DNA of 6,164 bases from Amoeboradix gromovi X-113 (lineage: Eukaryota; Fungi; Sanchytriomycota). The translations under genes and the position numbers were made by a program. The notes under the pieces were generated by a model. That model was not told where the DNA came from and did not search any database. It saw only the letters and a list, made by a program, of their open reading frames with translations. Numbering within the stretch: position 1 is the first letter of the stretch; each line of letters begins with the position of its first letter. The stretch spans positions 1 to 6,164 of the forward strand of contig JADGIF010000604.1 of NCBI GenBank assembly GCA_018985225.1, in the 5' to 3' direction. Positions 5,982 through 6,164 of the stretch are shown in pieces.

Positions 5982-6164
5982 TATTACTTACTCCTTTGGA
6001 AACAAAAAAAATATTTGACATACTAATCAAAAGTAAATACGAAGTAACAAAGACGGCAAATAGAAAGAAACATGGTAAATGTGATATAATAAGTGGATAT
6101 AAAACTATTTATTACACAAGCAGTATTTACTGAGTTTTGTGTTTTATTCATCTGAAGTGTCCAT

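Noticed and set aside
6144-6164. Minus-strand …MDTSDE-TAA with overlapping AATAAA as the end of the next gene
   Set aside because: It is plausible given the local pattern, but only 7 codons are visible, which is too little to support a feature.

Overview
This is an AT-rich, very compact and apparently intron-poor eukaryotic region. The proteins look fungal/opisthokont and use the standard genetic code. It holds three recognisable housekeeping genes: SMC5 (244-3351, +), a Bromo_TP histone-fold TFIID subunit (TAF3/TAF8-like, 4049-5020, -) and a much shortened GPI-transamidase subunit PIG-S/Gpi17 (5082-5981, -). A probable 36-aa single-TM microprotein lies at 3923-4033 (+). The spacers between the last three genes are only 15 and 61 bp, so the ~570-bp gap after SMC5 stands out. 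In one + strand frame, which the ORF track captures only in part, this gap encodes an IS607-type TnpA winged-HTH N-terminus broken by one TGA. It is joined directly to the extreme C-terminus of a TnpB/Fanzor nuclease (RDxxAARxI motif) and followed by a GC-rich, hairpin-forming tract where the omega-RNA would lie. I interpret this as an internally deleted, non-autonomous IS607/Fanzor2 element. All family calls come from motif recognition by eye, not from database searches.
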